This document shows positions 14,783 through 24,829 of a stretch of DNA of 38,294 bases, piece after piece (the stretch's first letter is position 1; each line of letters starts with the position of its first letter). The stretch comes from a virus (lineage: Duplodnaviria > Caudoviricetes). The stretch is taken from positions 1 through 38,294 of the IMG/VR virus record IMGVR_UViG_3300020269_000016, one strand, 5' to 3'. The notes below the pieces were generated by a model. It did no database searches and was not told where the DNA came from. It saw only the letters and a list, made by a program, of their open reading frames with translations. Position numbers and translations under genes: made by a program.

Positions 14783-17700
14783 ATGTAGTAGAGTCTTCCC
14801 AATCACTCATAACTGCATCAATATCGGCTCTACTTCTTTTGTTAATAAATATACCATTAACCATTTGTTCACTTGTTTCCCCGTGTCTTCTCATAGACCT
14901 CTCTATATCTTCTGGAGTTATAGGATTAAATGGGTATTTACGGTTATAACTATACAAATCTTTTAAAGCTCTAGAATATATGGAAGAATTACCTTGAGAC
15001 CATCCCATCCACAAACGCTTCATTATATTAGAACGTGTCTTACTTATTCTTATATCCATCTCTTTAGCAAATGAATTTTTTTGTTGTTGGTAGCTTATTC
15101 TTTTAGGTACAAGTCCTGCCATTTGTAACCCACTTTCATACAGACTTATATCATCTACTATAAGATCTCCCCTAGCTGTAGGATATTCACCCGTGACAGC
15201 AAAACCCACACCTTTAAATATGTTTCTAAACGCGGCAGGAGACATTTGCCCTACGGCTTTTGTCGCTGCAGTAACATTACCATCATCAAGAGCTGATACC
15301 AGTTTCGGTACTCCGTTGTATGTTTGACTTAACACACTACCAGCAGGGCCAAGGAATAGTTCAAATAACAAGTTACCAAGTCCTGGTTCACGGTATGGAT
15401 TGGCTCTAAACAGTAAGTTAGACATTCCCACACGTTGAGATATATCTGCTCCCAATAGATCAGTAGCAGGGCCTCTAAACCATGTTTCGCCTACATAGGC
15501 ACGAGTTATTGATTCTGCTGTTTCATCATCTTCCCCAAGTAAAGCAAGAATGGCGTTCATCATTAAGAATGCCCCACCTGCAAAAGGTGCGCCTTGAATA
15601 CCTGCTAGTAATACAGAAGAACCTAAAATACCCACTGATTGTTTAAGTGCAATCCTAGCTTCCTTTCTAGCTTGTGGGTCTTTGTCTCCTATTGACTTTC
15701 TAAAATTGTATACTCCTTCATAAGTTACTTGTAGCATTGTGCCTATCATACGTAGACCATAACTTTTATACATTAATGCAATTCTACCAAAACCACTTTG
15801 TGCATGGCGTGGAGCGTTTACAAGTAATGCACCTCCATTCATTTTTTGTGTTTGGTATATAGCATTTTCTGCTGCTAATATTTGTTTTTCTCTGTCAGAT
15901 AATTTTTGTTCTGCTTCTGTAGCTTGAGGACTATTTAGCCTATCTAACTCTAAGTCATAAGAAGATGTTAAAGCAACTTGCCTATTCATTCTTTCTTGTT
16001 GGTGAAATAAAAAAGCAGAATACATAGAAAATCTATCAAATAAACTATTCCCTCTCTTTACGCCTTCTACTCCTAACGAGTCAAACCATAATGATCTACC
16101 TGCTTGTGCTGCAGCTGCGGCTATGAGAGGTTCATACCTTACAAGTTTATCTTTAAACCTTTTACTTTTAGTTTTATCGTTTAATACATCTTCTCTTACT
16201 TTGTAAGAACCGTCTTCTTGTAGAGCATAAAAGTTATCTATTGAAGGCATAGCTCTTGCAGAAACAAACTCACTATCACCTACTTTAGCTCCCATCCTTA
16301 TCTGCCTAGATGTTCCTGAATTTGTAAATATAGATATACTATCAAATATGGCTCTTGTACTTTTTGCATAGCCATACCTACCTCCTAACATTGGTAAAAA
16401 CATCAAAGGTATTTGTGTAAAGTTTACAAGTGTAGAAGATAGATTAAATCCTAATGTATAAGTAAAAGCTACCCTATTTAGATTTCTTGCAAACTGGTCA
16501 GGAGGAGGATTTAAGGCGAACTTACCCCTATCCTCTAATTCTTTTATTAACGATCTTTCAAAACTAGTTAAGTCTCCTTCAATTTTTAATTTATCTAATC
16601 TTTCTAATTCTTTATTTATTTCTTGAGAGTTTCTTAGTTTTGCTATTTGTCTAGCTAAAGCATTACCTTTAGTTCTTAATCCTTCTAAAGCATCTAATTT
16701 AAAACCTAATGTGCCTTCTCTTGGAGTAAAAGATTTTGCAAAAGAAGTTTCGGGTAAAGCTTCAATAAATAAATCCATTAATTCTTTTTGGACTTTATTG
16801 TTTACCTTGTTTTTTTGGAGCATATCAAGAGCTTTTGCCATAAAAGAATCACTAGGAGCACGAGAATAAACTTTATCCATAGCTTCTTCTTTTAAAAAAG
16901 GTTGAGCGTCTACATTGTATTTACTTTTTAATGCTTTTACCGCTTGATCTCTCTCTGCTATATTTTCAAAAGCCATAACAACTTTTTCTTTATTTGAACC
17001 TGTTATGGGGTCTTTGCCTGTAAAAGATAACCAATATTGACCAGTTCTAACTAATGGAAAGTATGGGTCTATAGTGCTTTCATCAAATAATCTACCGTAA
17101 ATCTTTTCTTTTAACGTTGTTTTTTCTGATCTACTTAAATTTTCTATACCGTCTATTTTTTTAAAAACAACATTTCTTAACTCTTTAAATTGATTTAAAT
17201 ATGTTTGTCTTAATATTTCATAGGCTTCGTGTCCTTCTTTACCTAACGTGTTCCAGTGAGGACGCATAGCTGTCCAGGCTTTTAAAGCATTGTCGTTATC
17301 TTTGTATTTTTGTTTAGCTTGAGCTTCTGTTAAATTAGGATTTGCTTGGTATAAAGTAGCAAGACTAACAACAGAATTAAAAGCGTCTATCTTCTCATTG
17401 TTTTTGTTCAACCTTTTTGTAATGCCTTCCATAGAACCTTCTACTTTTTCAAGCTGTTGGTTAACATCTTTTTCTTGTTGTTGAACAACCTTTCTCATAC
17501 GTAAACCGTCAAAACCTTTTTTACCTTGTCTATCTTGGTAGTTTAAAAGATCTCCTACTAACTGGTCATCAAGAAACCCTAAAGCAAAGTTTGTTGCAGT
17601 TGGAGAGGTTTGTTGTATAGTTCCTTTACTCCAAGTAGTAAAATCTTGTAGCCATTGTGATTTACCACCTTTTGTTTTCACATTACTTTTTGCAGACATA

Positions 17701-20700
17701 CCTTGTATGTCTTTTATAATAGCATGAGCATCTAACCCTTGCTGTCCAGCATCTCTACTTTGAGGAGCAGCAGATAAAATTTGATTAGCTAAACGAGTTG
17801 TTACTTCTTCTGCATCTGTAATATCTATTTCATTAATTGGAGATTTAAATTGAACATATCTCTTAAACTCTGGTAAAGTTATTTGAGGTCTACCAAGTAA
17901 CTTTCTAATAAAGTTAGTTACTGAGTGTATAAACCTGTCAAAAGCATTATGTTGTTTACCTCTTATGTGTATAGTTTTTAAAGTTTCTCTAAATGCAGGG
18001 TTGCTAAGTCCTTCAGCTACAAATTCACGTAAGTTTCTAGACCCATAAAAATCTCCTAGATGACCTTTAACTTCTTTAAACAATGAATTAAGTTGTTTAG
18101 TTACAGGATGAGATGCGTTAGATAAAAGAGCATCTGTATTGGCATGAGAAAGTTCATGGAACAAGGTGTGTATATTAATACCTATTTTAGAATCTAGTTT
18201 TATTGTATTTGTTTTTGGATCAAATAATCCAGCAACTGCTCCTCCACTTTCTAGTTTTAAATTATCTACAACCTCTACTTTAGTAGTACCAACATTTTTA
18301 AAGAATGCTTTGGCTAATTGTCTGTTTCCTTCTCCATCATTTTTTATCGCCATTATCCTTAAAGCTGTTTTAAGGTCTCCTTGTTTTAAAGCTGTAACAG
18401 CTTCTGATCTTATGGGTAAACTTGTTTGCAGAACTGCTGAAGCTTCTAAACCTTTATCTTTATCTAAATTATCCTTAGACCTAACTATAGTAGAGTACAT
18501 TTTGTTTAGTATATCTAAATCTGGCTTACCGCTAGTAGGTTTTGTTCCTTTTACCCCAGTAGGTTTTGGTTCTTGGGTCTTTACTTTTTTAGCTTTTGCT
18601 TTTTTAATTAGTTTTTGGTTTTCTTGGACTAATTTTTTACCTGCATTTGTATTTCCATATATTTTTGGAGGTATATTAGGGTTATTTTTTGTGTGGATGT
18701 CATTTAAAGTTATACCAGCAATAGCAGCTTTCCGATTTTCTTCTTTTAATTGGTACTCATAATCTCTTTCATTTTGAATCTGCCTTTCTCTTATGGCGGA
18801 ATTTAAATTTACAGCCGCCCCGTATTTATCTGTAGTTACACCTGTATCCTGATATTCTACTTTTTCACTTTCATAAAACATTTCTAGACTTGCTACAGTG
18901 TCTTTATCAAAGTTTGCTTTTATCCATATTAAAGCATTTTCTGCTGGTTTTTTACCTGTAAATTTAAAGTGTGCGTTTTCTTCAGGCGTTGCTTCTGACG
19001 TAGCTTTTTTGCCAGAATCTAACGTAACTCTATAGTTATCTTGCCCTGATACTCTGTCTTCAATAATAAACTCCAAAACATAAGTGACATCAGGTGATTT
19101 TTTAAAATATCTTTTTGCAGATATTGCAGGAGAAACTTGACCTTTTATTTGTGAAGGCATTTGTTTTTCTAATACAGAATCTTTTTCTAATAATAATGTA
19201 CCAACTGCAAGTAAATCAGAATTTTTTAGCATCTCATCAATACTAGCGCTAGGTTCTTCTAATTTTAAATTTTCGTCATAAAACTTTTTTAGTAACTGAT
19301 TTTCTTTTGGGCCTGTTCTTTTACCAAATGTATTGAAAATATTATTTAATTGTATTTGAGTTTTTTCTTTTTGTGCCTTTTCTCTTTTTTCTTTGGCTAT
19401 TTTTTCTGCTTTTGTTTGTCTATCTTTTTCAAGTCTAGCTTCAGCAGACGATACTTCGCCTTTTCTTTTTGATGCTTGAAACTTTTTCTCTATTTGTTTT
19501 GCTTCGTCAGCAGTTACTTTTATTTTTTGTAGTCTTTTTCCCTTTGCGCGTCTTATGGCCTTACCTTCTAACACTCCTCTTTTAAAAAGGTTTTGCTCTA
19601 ATGCTTTTATAGCATCCGCTAATGCGTTATTTTCAAGATCTACACCTGCTTTTTTAAGGTCTTCAGGTGTCATTGTAGATTTTAATAACTCTTGGGCTTC
19701 TACTACGTTTACTTTTGAAGTATCTATTGTATCTAAAGGTGAAGATATGTCTGGAAGATCAAGCAACTCTTGTTCTAAGTCAGTGGGCCCTGGTTCAGTA
19801 GTAGCTACTTGTGTAGTAACTTGTTCTCCTGCTTTCTTACTTAATTCCTCTGTAGCACGTCTTATGTCATTTTCGTCTTTTAAGTCTATACCGTTATCTT
19901 TAAAAGTTTTTATTGTTTTCTTATTGTATACAGGTAACTTACCTGTTTTATTGTAAAAATTTACTAAATCTTGTGCTGGACGAGTTAGTGCAGGGTCTCT
20001 TTGTCCTTCTCTTCCATCGTCTGTTCTAATATCTCTGTTATTATCTCCCACTCTTGTTGGTTCAGATGTTTCAGTTGCTTGGGTATCAATACCAAGTGTT
20101 GCATCCCTTCCTGCATCCGATACACTATCTTCAACGCGAGTTCCATCTCCTCCCTGCTCAACGATTGTAGTCCCATCTTCTTTTGCCTGTAGTTGTTTCT
20201 TTACAATATTTTGAATTATTTGAGCTGTTCCTTTGTCAGAATCAAGTAATGATGGTTGATCTGGCTCTGGTTTAACTGTTTTTGTTGTTTCTGTTTCTTC
20301 TTTTTTAGGAGTACCTTTTATTATACTTTCATATTTTTCTCTTTCACTAATTTTGGGTTTAGTTCCAAGATCAGTATCGGGTAAGAAAGTTTCAAGTTGT
20401 TCCTCCTTCGGAGTAGCTTTGAGTATGTCCTTTTCTCTTTTCTTCGCTTCTTTTTTTGTAATAGTAGGCACTCCAGCTTCTTTTGCCTGTGCTTCTTTAG
20501 ATTTAACTTGTGTATCTTTCTTATCAAAATCAAATTCAAACTGCCCATCTTCTGTTGCTATAGGTGCTCCAGGTGCTTTTTTTGAAGGGTCATCATCTAA
20601 TTTAGGTGTATCTAACTTAGGTGTTTCTGTAACACGTTCTATTTCTTCTGCCACTGTTGTAGTAGGTCTACCTCTAGATCTTATTGCAAGGTCAAGTAAT

Positions 20701-21530
20701 CCTTGTGTAAACACACCTACAGCTGTTCCATAACCAGCAGCTTCTCCTGTTCCTTCTTTAAGATCTACTTGGGGATTATAACCTGTTTGTTCAATCCAGT
20801 TTTGTGCTCCTTGTGCAGCAGCTTCCTGTGCGCCTTCTATACCACCAGTAGTAAAAGCTCTTCTTATTCTAGCAACAATGCCTCCTATTCCATCTTTACC
20901 ACCTCCCATTTTAAAGGCTTTAAGAGGAGCAAACATTTCAAAAGCTCCTACACCTGCACCCAATAACCTATCTCTAGGTGATAGTTCATCTAATTTACCA
21001 GCTGCAATAGCTCTATCTCTTTGTTCTTCTGCGCCTCCTGCAACTACAAGACCCAAAGCTGCGGGTATGCCTACATAAGGAATTAATGCAGTTCCACCTA
21101 TGGCTCCAAAAGAACCTAACGCTTCTCCAAATTTTCTTGGCCCTACATCTAGAAGAGATGCATCAGCATCTTCAAGGGCTATCTGTTGCCACATATCAGG
21201 TCGAGTATACTTATCTCGCAACGACCCTATACCTGAAGCTACTTTTCCTCGTACATATTGTTCTTGTTTTTCAGGAAGAAGCTGACTAGCGCCTTCTATG
21301 CCTTGTTCAAAAAGAGTTAATACTCCAGAACCTATACCTTTAAATGTTTCTCCTACGCGGTCTGCAAATGTAGCTTCTGCAAATCCTTGAGGTAACGTTC
21401 GTTTAGAAGGTTTAGGCTGTTCTTCTTTTTCTGCTTCGTATAAAGAAACAACTTGTTCAAAAGTTAAATTAGCAGGGCCTTGTACACGTACTGGTGTACC
21501 ATCTTTTTTGTATATTTCATAAGTAGCCAA
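14766..21530 (-). CDS. Giant internal virion / ejection protein with zincin metallopeptidase motif and PLxRFG-like region
   Basis: 2254 aa, TTG start. 'GLFDPKTNTI...TLFHELSH...EFVAE' and 'YFPLVRTGQYW'. G/A-rich hydrophobic N- and C-terminal regions. Last gene of the virion operon. Confidence 0.75.
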   Translation of the reverse strand: MATYEIYKKDGTPVRVQGPANLTFEQVVSLYEAEKEEQPKPSKRTLPQGFAEATFADRVGETFKGIGSGVLTLFEQGIEGASQLLPEKQEQYVRGKVASGIGSLRDKYTRPDMWQQIALEDADASLLDVGPRKFGEALGSFGAIGGTALIPYVGIPAALGLVVAGGAEEQRDRAIAAGKLDELSPRDRLLGAGVGAFEMFAPLKAFKMGGGKDGIGGIVARIRRAFTTGGIEGAQEAAAQGAQNWIEQTGYNPQVDLKEGTGEAAGYGTAVGVFTQGLLDLAIRSRGRPTTTVAEEIERVTETPKLDTPKLDDDPSKKAPGAPIATEDGQFEFDFDKKDTQVKSKEAQAKEAGVPTITKKEAKKREKDILKATPKEEQLETFLPDTDLGTKPKISEREKYESIIKGTPKKEETETTKTVKPEPDQPSLLDSDKGTAQIIQNIVKKQLQAKEDGTTIVEQGGDGTRVEDSVSDAGRDATLGIDTQATETSEPTRVGDNNRDIRTDDGREGQRDPALTRPAQDLVNFYNKTGKLPVYNKKTIKTFKDNGIDLKDENDIRRATEELSKKAGEQVTTQVATTEPGPTDLEQELLDLPDISSPLDTIDTSKVNVVEAQELLKSTMTPEDLKKAGVDLENNALADAIKALEQNLFKRGVLEGKAIRRAKGKRLQKIKVTADEAKQIEKKFQASKRKGEVSSAEARLEKDRQTKAEKIAKEKREKAQKEKTQIQLNNIFNTFGKRTGPKENQLLKKFYDENLKLEEPSASIDEMLKNSDLLAVGTLLLEKDSVLEKQMPSQIKGQVSPAISAKRYFKKSPDVTYVLEFIIEDRVSGQDNYRVTLDSGKKATSEATPEENAHFKFTGKKPAENALIWIKANFDKDTVASLEMFYESEKVEYQDTGVTTDKYGAAVNLNSAIRERQIQNERDYEYQLKEENRKAAIAGITLNDIHTKNNPNIPPKIYGNTNAGKKLVQENQKLIKKAKAKKVKTQEPKPTGVKGTKPTSGKPDLDILNKMYSTIVRSKDNLDKDKGLEASAVLQTSLPIRSEAVTALKQGDLKTALRIMAIKNDGEGNRQLAKAFFKNVGTTKVEVVDNLKLESGGAVAGLFDPKTNTIKLDSKIGINIHTLFHELSHANTDALLSNASHPVTKQLNSLFKEVKGHLGDFYGSRNLREFVAEGLSNPAFRETLKTIHIRGKQHNAFDRFIHSVTNFIRKLLGRPQITLPEFKRYVQFKSPINEIDITDAEEVTTRLANQILSAAPQSRDAGQQGLDAHAIIKDIQGMSAKSNVKTKGGKSQWLQDFTTWSKGTIQQTSPTATNFALGFLDDQLVGDLLNYQDRQGKKGFDGLRMRKVVQQQEKDVNQQLEKVEGSMEGITKRLNKNNEKIDAFNSVVSLATLYQANPNLTEAQAKQKYKDNDNALKAWTAMRPHWNTLGKEGHEAYEILRQTYLNQFKELRNVVFKKIDGIENLSRSEKTTLKEKIYGRLFDESTIDPYFPLVRTGQYWLSFTGKDPITGSNKEKVVMAFENIAERDQAVKALKSKYNVDAQPFLKEEAMDKVYSRAPSDSFMAKALDMLQKNKVNNKVQKELMDLFIEALPETSFAKSFTPREGTLGFKLDALEGLRTKGNALARQIAKLRNSQEINKELERLDKLKIEGDLTSFERSLIKELEDRGKFALNPPPDQFARNLNRVAFTYTLGFNLSSTLVNFTQIPLMFLPMLGGRYGYAKSTRAIFDSISIFTNSGTSRQIRMGAKVGDSEFVSARAMPSIDNFYALQEDGSYKVREDVLNDKTKSKRFKDKLVRYEPLIAAAAAQAGRSLWFDSLGVEGVKRGNSLFDRFSMYSAFLFHQQERMNRQVALTSSYDLELDRLNSPQATEAEQKLSDREKQILAAENAIYQTQKMNGGALLVNAPRHAQSGFGRIALMYKSYGLRMIGTMLQVTYEGVYNFRKSIGDKDPQARKEARIALKQSVGILGSSVLLAGIQGAPFAGGAFLMMNAILALLGEDDETAESITRAYVGETWFRGPATDLLGADISQRVGMSNLLFRANPYREPGLGNLLFELFLGPAGSVLSQTYNGVPKLVSALDDGNVTAATKAVGQMSPAAFRNIFKGVGFAVTGEYPTARGDLIVDDISLYESGLQMAGLVPKRISYQQQKNSFAKEMDIRISKTRSNIMKRLWMGWSQGNSSIYSRALKDLYSYNRKYPFNPITPEDIERSMRRHGETSEQMVNGIFINKRSRADIDAVMSDWEDSTTFNLFV

Positions 21531-24047
21531 TTAAGCACCCGATCCGCCTAATGAATCTTCTAAACTTTTTAGCTGGGCTTTAATAGCATTTTCTGTAGCT
21601 ACTAACTCTGCGTAACCTTCATTACTCATTTTTATAGCATCAATAGCAGCAGGAAGAGCTTCTAACCGATCAAGTTCTGTTTGATCTTCTAGTTGATTAT
21701 TTTGGTATCTAGCTGTTAGGTCAGTTAATTCTTCAGTTAAATCCGTAATTTGAGGGTTAAATTGAAAACCAAATCCTTGTTTTGCTTCTTGAGTTTCTAA
21801 CAGTAACCTTCTAAGATTGTAAACATTTTTGCTTATTCTAGCATCGTTTCTTAGTTGTGCTTGTATTTCATTTGACCGAGCTCTTATATTATTTTCTTGT
21901 ATTTTAAGCATTGTGTTAATGGCCATTTTAGCTGTTTCTGATGCTTTTGCATAAGTTATTTGGTCAAACTCAGATGCTGCTCTACCAAAAGCTCCTCCAC
22001 CACCACGAGTGTCCATTCTAGTTAAAGCATATATTAGTTTAGCGTACCCACCTTTTTCACCCCTATATCTATCTTCTAGCTCAGATATTAGGTTAACTAC
22101 ATCATTCATAGAACCAACATTACCTATACCACCAGAACCAGAACCTGTGCTAGTCGAACTAGAAACAACTTTATTTTTATCTCCACCCTTTTTATCGTCA
22201 CCTTCTTGGTTGCCATCATTTACTACAACCATACCTTTGCCAGTGTCTATGTCTTCGCTTCCACTATAAGCTGCAGGTCTAGTAAGAGGTTCTCCAGATT
22301 TAGTAACAACAGCAGACTTATAATCTTGGTTGATGTTTTCTTCTGGTCGTGGTGCATCTCCAAATATATAATCCAATCCTTTCTCAAGAAGTGGTACACC
22401 TTTATCCCCAGCAGCTAGTAACGTTTCTACAGCTTTATTTCCTATATTCTCTGCCATTTCTCCAGCTTGTTTTTTAACATTTGCTGCTTGGTTTGCGAGT
22501 GAAGTAGTAGGATAGTTAGTTAGTTGTTCTATATATCCATCAAGATTACCTGGAGATATCCTATTTTCTCCTGCTGCTTTAACAGCTTCTGAATCCACAG
22601 GTAATGTAGATGGGAACTGTTGCGCTTCTACCATCTTCATCATTGCAGGGTCTATATCTTTATTGCCGTAAATACCCGCTAACCCCTTTTGAATATTTCT
22701 TTTTCCTTGCGCATTCATAAATGCTATAGCTTCAGGATCGCCCATTCTAGCTTTTCTAGCCATGTCTTGTAAAAACATTAGTTCGCTAGTTACGTCACTA
22801 TAAGCTTCTCGGTCTCCAGCTAATTCCTTCCGAAATTGTCTTTTATCATCTCTAAATTTTTCTATAGCGTCATCAGCTGCCTTTTCTTGTTTAGTAGCAT
22901 ACTCCAGTATAGCTTTATTTCTATCGACTAAATCTTGTTCAGTTCCAGGAACAAGTCTTCCAACACCCGCATCTTTTGGATCATAATACGGAAAGCCATA
23001 TAAATACTTATCTGCATCATATGCTTGATCAAAATACTTGTCACTAAGAGCTTCGTTTTGAGCTATACGTAAATCTGCGTTTTTTATAAAAGCTTCTTTA
23101 TCCTGTATTGATTTGTTTATATCGCGTAAATCAGACCTAAGACCTCCTAGTTCTTGAGAAACAGCAGCGTTAGTATTTATATTTCCCCCACCTAATACTG
23201 AAGGATCAGGACTTGAATAGTCTCCTCCAAAAATAATTTCATTTGCAGCATCTTTAGCTTTGTCAACACCTTGTTCTGTATACTCTTTGCCTTTATCAAA
23301 AGCTCCTTTAAGCATTCCAGGTATTGATATTTCAGATTTAGGTACTGATATTTCAGGTATTTTAGCAATAATATTGTTTGCTATTTCGTTTGCATCATCT
23401 AAAACAATGTCTTTTTGAAGACTTAATTCCTGTATAGCAGGCACAACATAGTTCTGTACTAAGTCACTTTCTTTTATATTTTTTATTGTTTCTCCACCCT
23501 TTTGTTTTACTTTTTCTAAAGTTTTAGTCAAAATGCTTTTAATTGTTTCTCCAGTTGAGTAACCAACAATCCCACCACTAGCAAGATTCATATTTTTCTT
23601 ATTTTTAGCAATACCTTTATTAAAGTTAGCCATCTTTAAAGGTTGCATTGGTGCTTGAAAGTTAATATTAGATGGAGATTTTGCACCTCTATCTGCAAAC
23701 TTGTTCATATACTTGTTACGTCTTCTAAGATTATTAGTTAGTACACCTGCTACTCCATTAACTTTATCGTTAATTGTTTGGTCTACTAAATTTTGTTCTA
23801 GTTGTTGTTTAATAGTAGGCGGTTGCCCTCTATTTTGACCTGCTTTTAATATTATATCTCTTTTAGATGCGTCTATTTTACCTTTAAGTTCATTCAAAGC
23901 TAATATTTCTACAAGGGATTCTGTTATTGCAAGAGGACCTTTGTTCTTATCTTTTTTTAAGTTTTGATTAACTAATTGTTCTAGTCCTCCAACATTGTTA
24001 GAATAAGCTTGTTCGGTCATAGCTACATCTTTAAATATATTGGTCAT
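21531..24047 (-). CDS. Putative internal virion / ejection protein
   Basis: 838 aa, helical and low-complexity, 'LASGGIVGY' motif. Function inferred from position. Confidence 0.6.
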   Translation of the reverse strand: MTNIFKDVAMTEQAYSNNVGGLEQLVNQNLKKDKNKGPLAITESLVEILALNELKGKIDASKRDIILKAGQNRGQPPTIKQQLEQNLVDQTINDKVNGVAGVLTNNLRRRNKYMNKFADRGAKSPSNINFQAPMQPLKMANFNKGIAKNKKNMNLASGGIVGYSTGETIKSILTKTLEKVKQKGGETIKNIKESDLVQNYVVPAIQELSLQKDIVLDDANEIANNIIAKIPEISVPKSEISIPGMLKGAFDKGKEYTEQGVDKAKDAANEIIFGGDYSSPDPSVLGGGNINTNAAVSQELGGLRSDLRDINKSIQDKEAFIKNADLRIAQNEALSDKYFDQAYDADKYLYGFPYYDPKDAGVGRLVPGTEQDLVDRNKAILEYATKQEKAADDAIEKFRDDKRQFRKELAGDREAYSDVTSELMFLQDMARKARMGDPEAIAFMNAQGKRNIQKGLAGIYGNKDIDPAMMKMVEAQQFPSTLPVDSEAVKAAGENRISPGNLDGYIEQLTNYPTTSLANQAANVKKQAGEMAENIGNKAVETLLAAGDKGVPLLEKGLDYIFGDAPRPEENINQDYKSAVVTKSGEPLTRPAAYSGSEDIDTGKGMVVVNDGNQEGDDKKGGDKNKVVSSSTSTGSGSGGIGNVGSMNDVVNLISELEDRYRGEKGGYAKLIYALTRMDTRGGGGAFGRAASEFDQITYAKASETAKMAINTMLKIQENNIRARSNEIQAQLRNDARISKNVYNLRRLLLETQEAKQGFGFQFNPQITDLTEELTDLTARYQNNQLEDQTELDRLEALPAAIDAIKMSNEGYAELVATENAIKAQLKSLEDSLGGSGA

Positions 24048-24829
24048 GCTTTTTTATCTCCGCCTAATAAAGAATCTATAAATTCCATAAAACTACCTGC
24101 TGTAGCTCCTGCACTTAAAAATTGATTTGCAGCTTGGTTTATATAATCTCTAGCTTCTATTGGTAAATCTTGTAACAACGATTGCATGAACTGAACTTTT
24201 TTAAATGGATCATCATATTCTTGCTCAAATTGTTTTTTGTCCTCTGCAATACCTTCTGCCTCTATATCTCGTTGTATACCACCTGCATCTAGTTGTCTTT
24301 GTAATGCATCTAATCCATAATTTCTCATAGTATCTTGCATACCTACTGCTTGGTCAAATGCTTCTTTGTATCCTGTCCCATATATATCTGCTAACTGGTT
24401 ACTCAATGTTTCATCACTTAAACTTTGCAGCACCGCTTGTCTACTACCACCATACGCACCTGCTTTATTTAATTTACCCATATTTTCTACGTTACGTATA
24501 TTAGCTTGTCTAACAGCTGCATCTACTTGGGGTTGCAAAGCATTTTCTAAATAGGGATTCATATAGTTACCTATAGAAGCAGAGGTATAATCTCCCATAG
24601 CCATTCCTGGTATATTTAAACCGCCAATACCTGCAAACGCTTGTTCTTGAAGATCAGATGCACCTGCGCTTAAAGGTCCTCCGTATGCTTCGTACGGCAT
24701 ATTAGATAAAGCTTCTCCTCTACCTAACAAATCAGTAACATAAGGCCCTGCCCAAGTTGACAACGTTGATTCTGTACCTGCTGTTGAAACTCCTGCAGAT
24801 CCTTGGTTTTTATCTATTCCAGTGCTCAT
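24044..24829 (-). CDS. Putative DNA ejection / pilot protein
   Basis: 261 aa, Q/A/G-rich, with 'YMNPY' and 'GAYGGSRQAV', typical of podoviral ejection proteins. Confidence 0.65.
   Translation of the reverse strand: MSTGIDKNQGSAGVSTAGTESTLSTWAGPYVTDLLGRGEALSNMPYEAYGGPLSAGASDLQEQAFAGIGGLNIPGMAMGDYTSASIGNYMNPYLENALQPQVDAAVRQANIRNVENMGKLNKAGAYGGSRQAVLQSLSDETLSNQLADIYGTGYKEAFDQAVGMQDTMRNYGLDALQRQLDAGGIQRDIEAEGIAEDKKQFEQEYDDPFKKVQFMQSLLQDLPIEARDYINQAANQFLSAGATAGSFMEFIDSLLGGDKKA

Noticed and set aside
20590-20630. Short tandem duplication encoding TPKLDTPKLD.
   Set aside because: It is a two-copy micro-duplication in a disordered linker with no sign of a wider repeat system.
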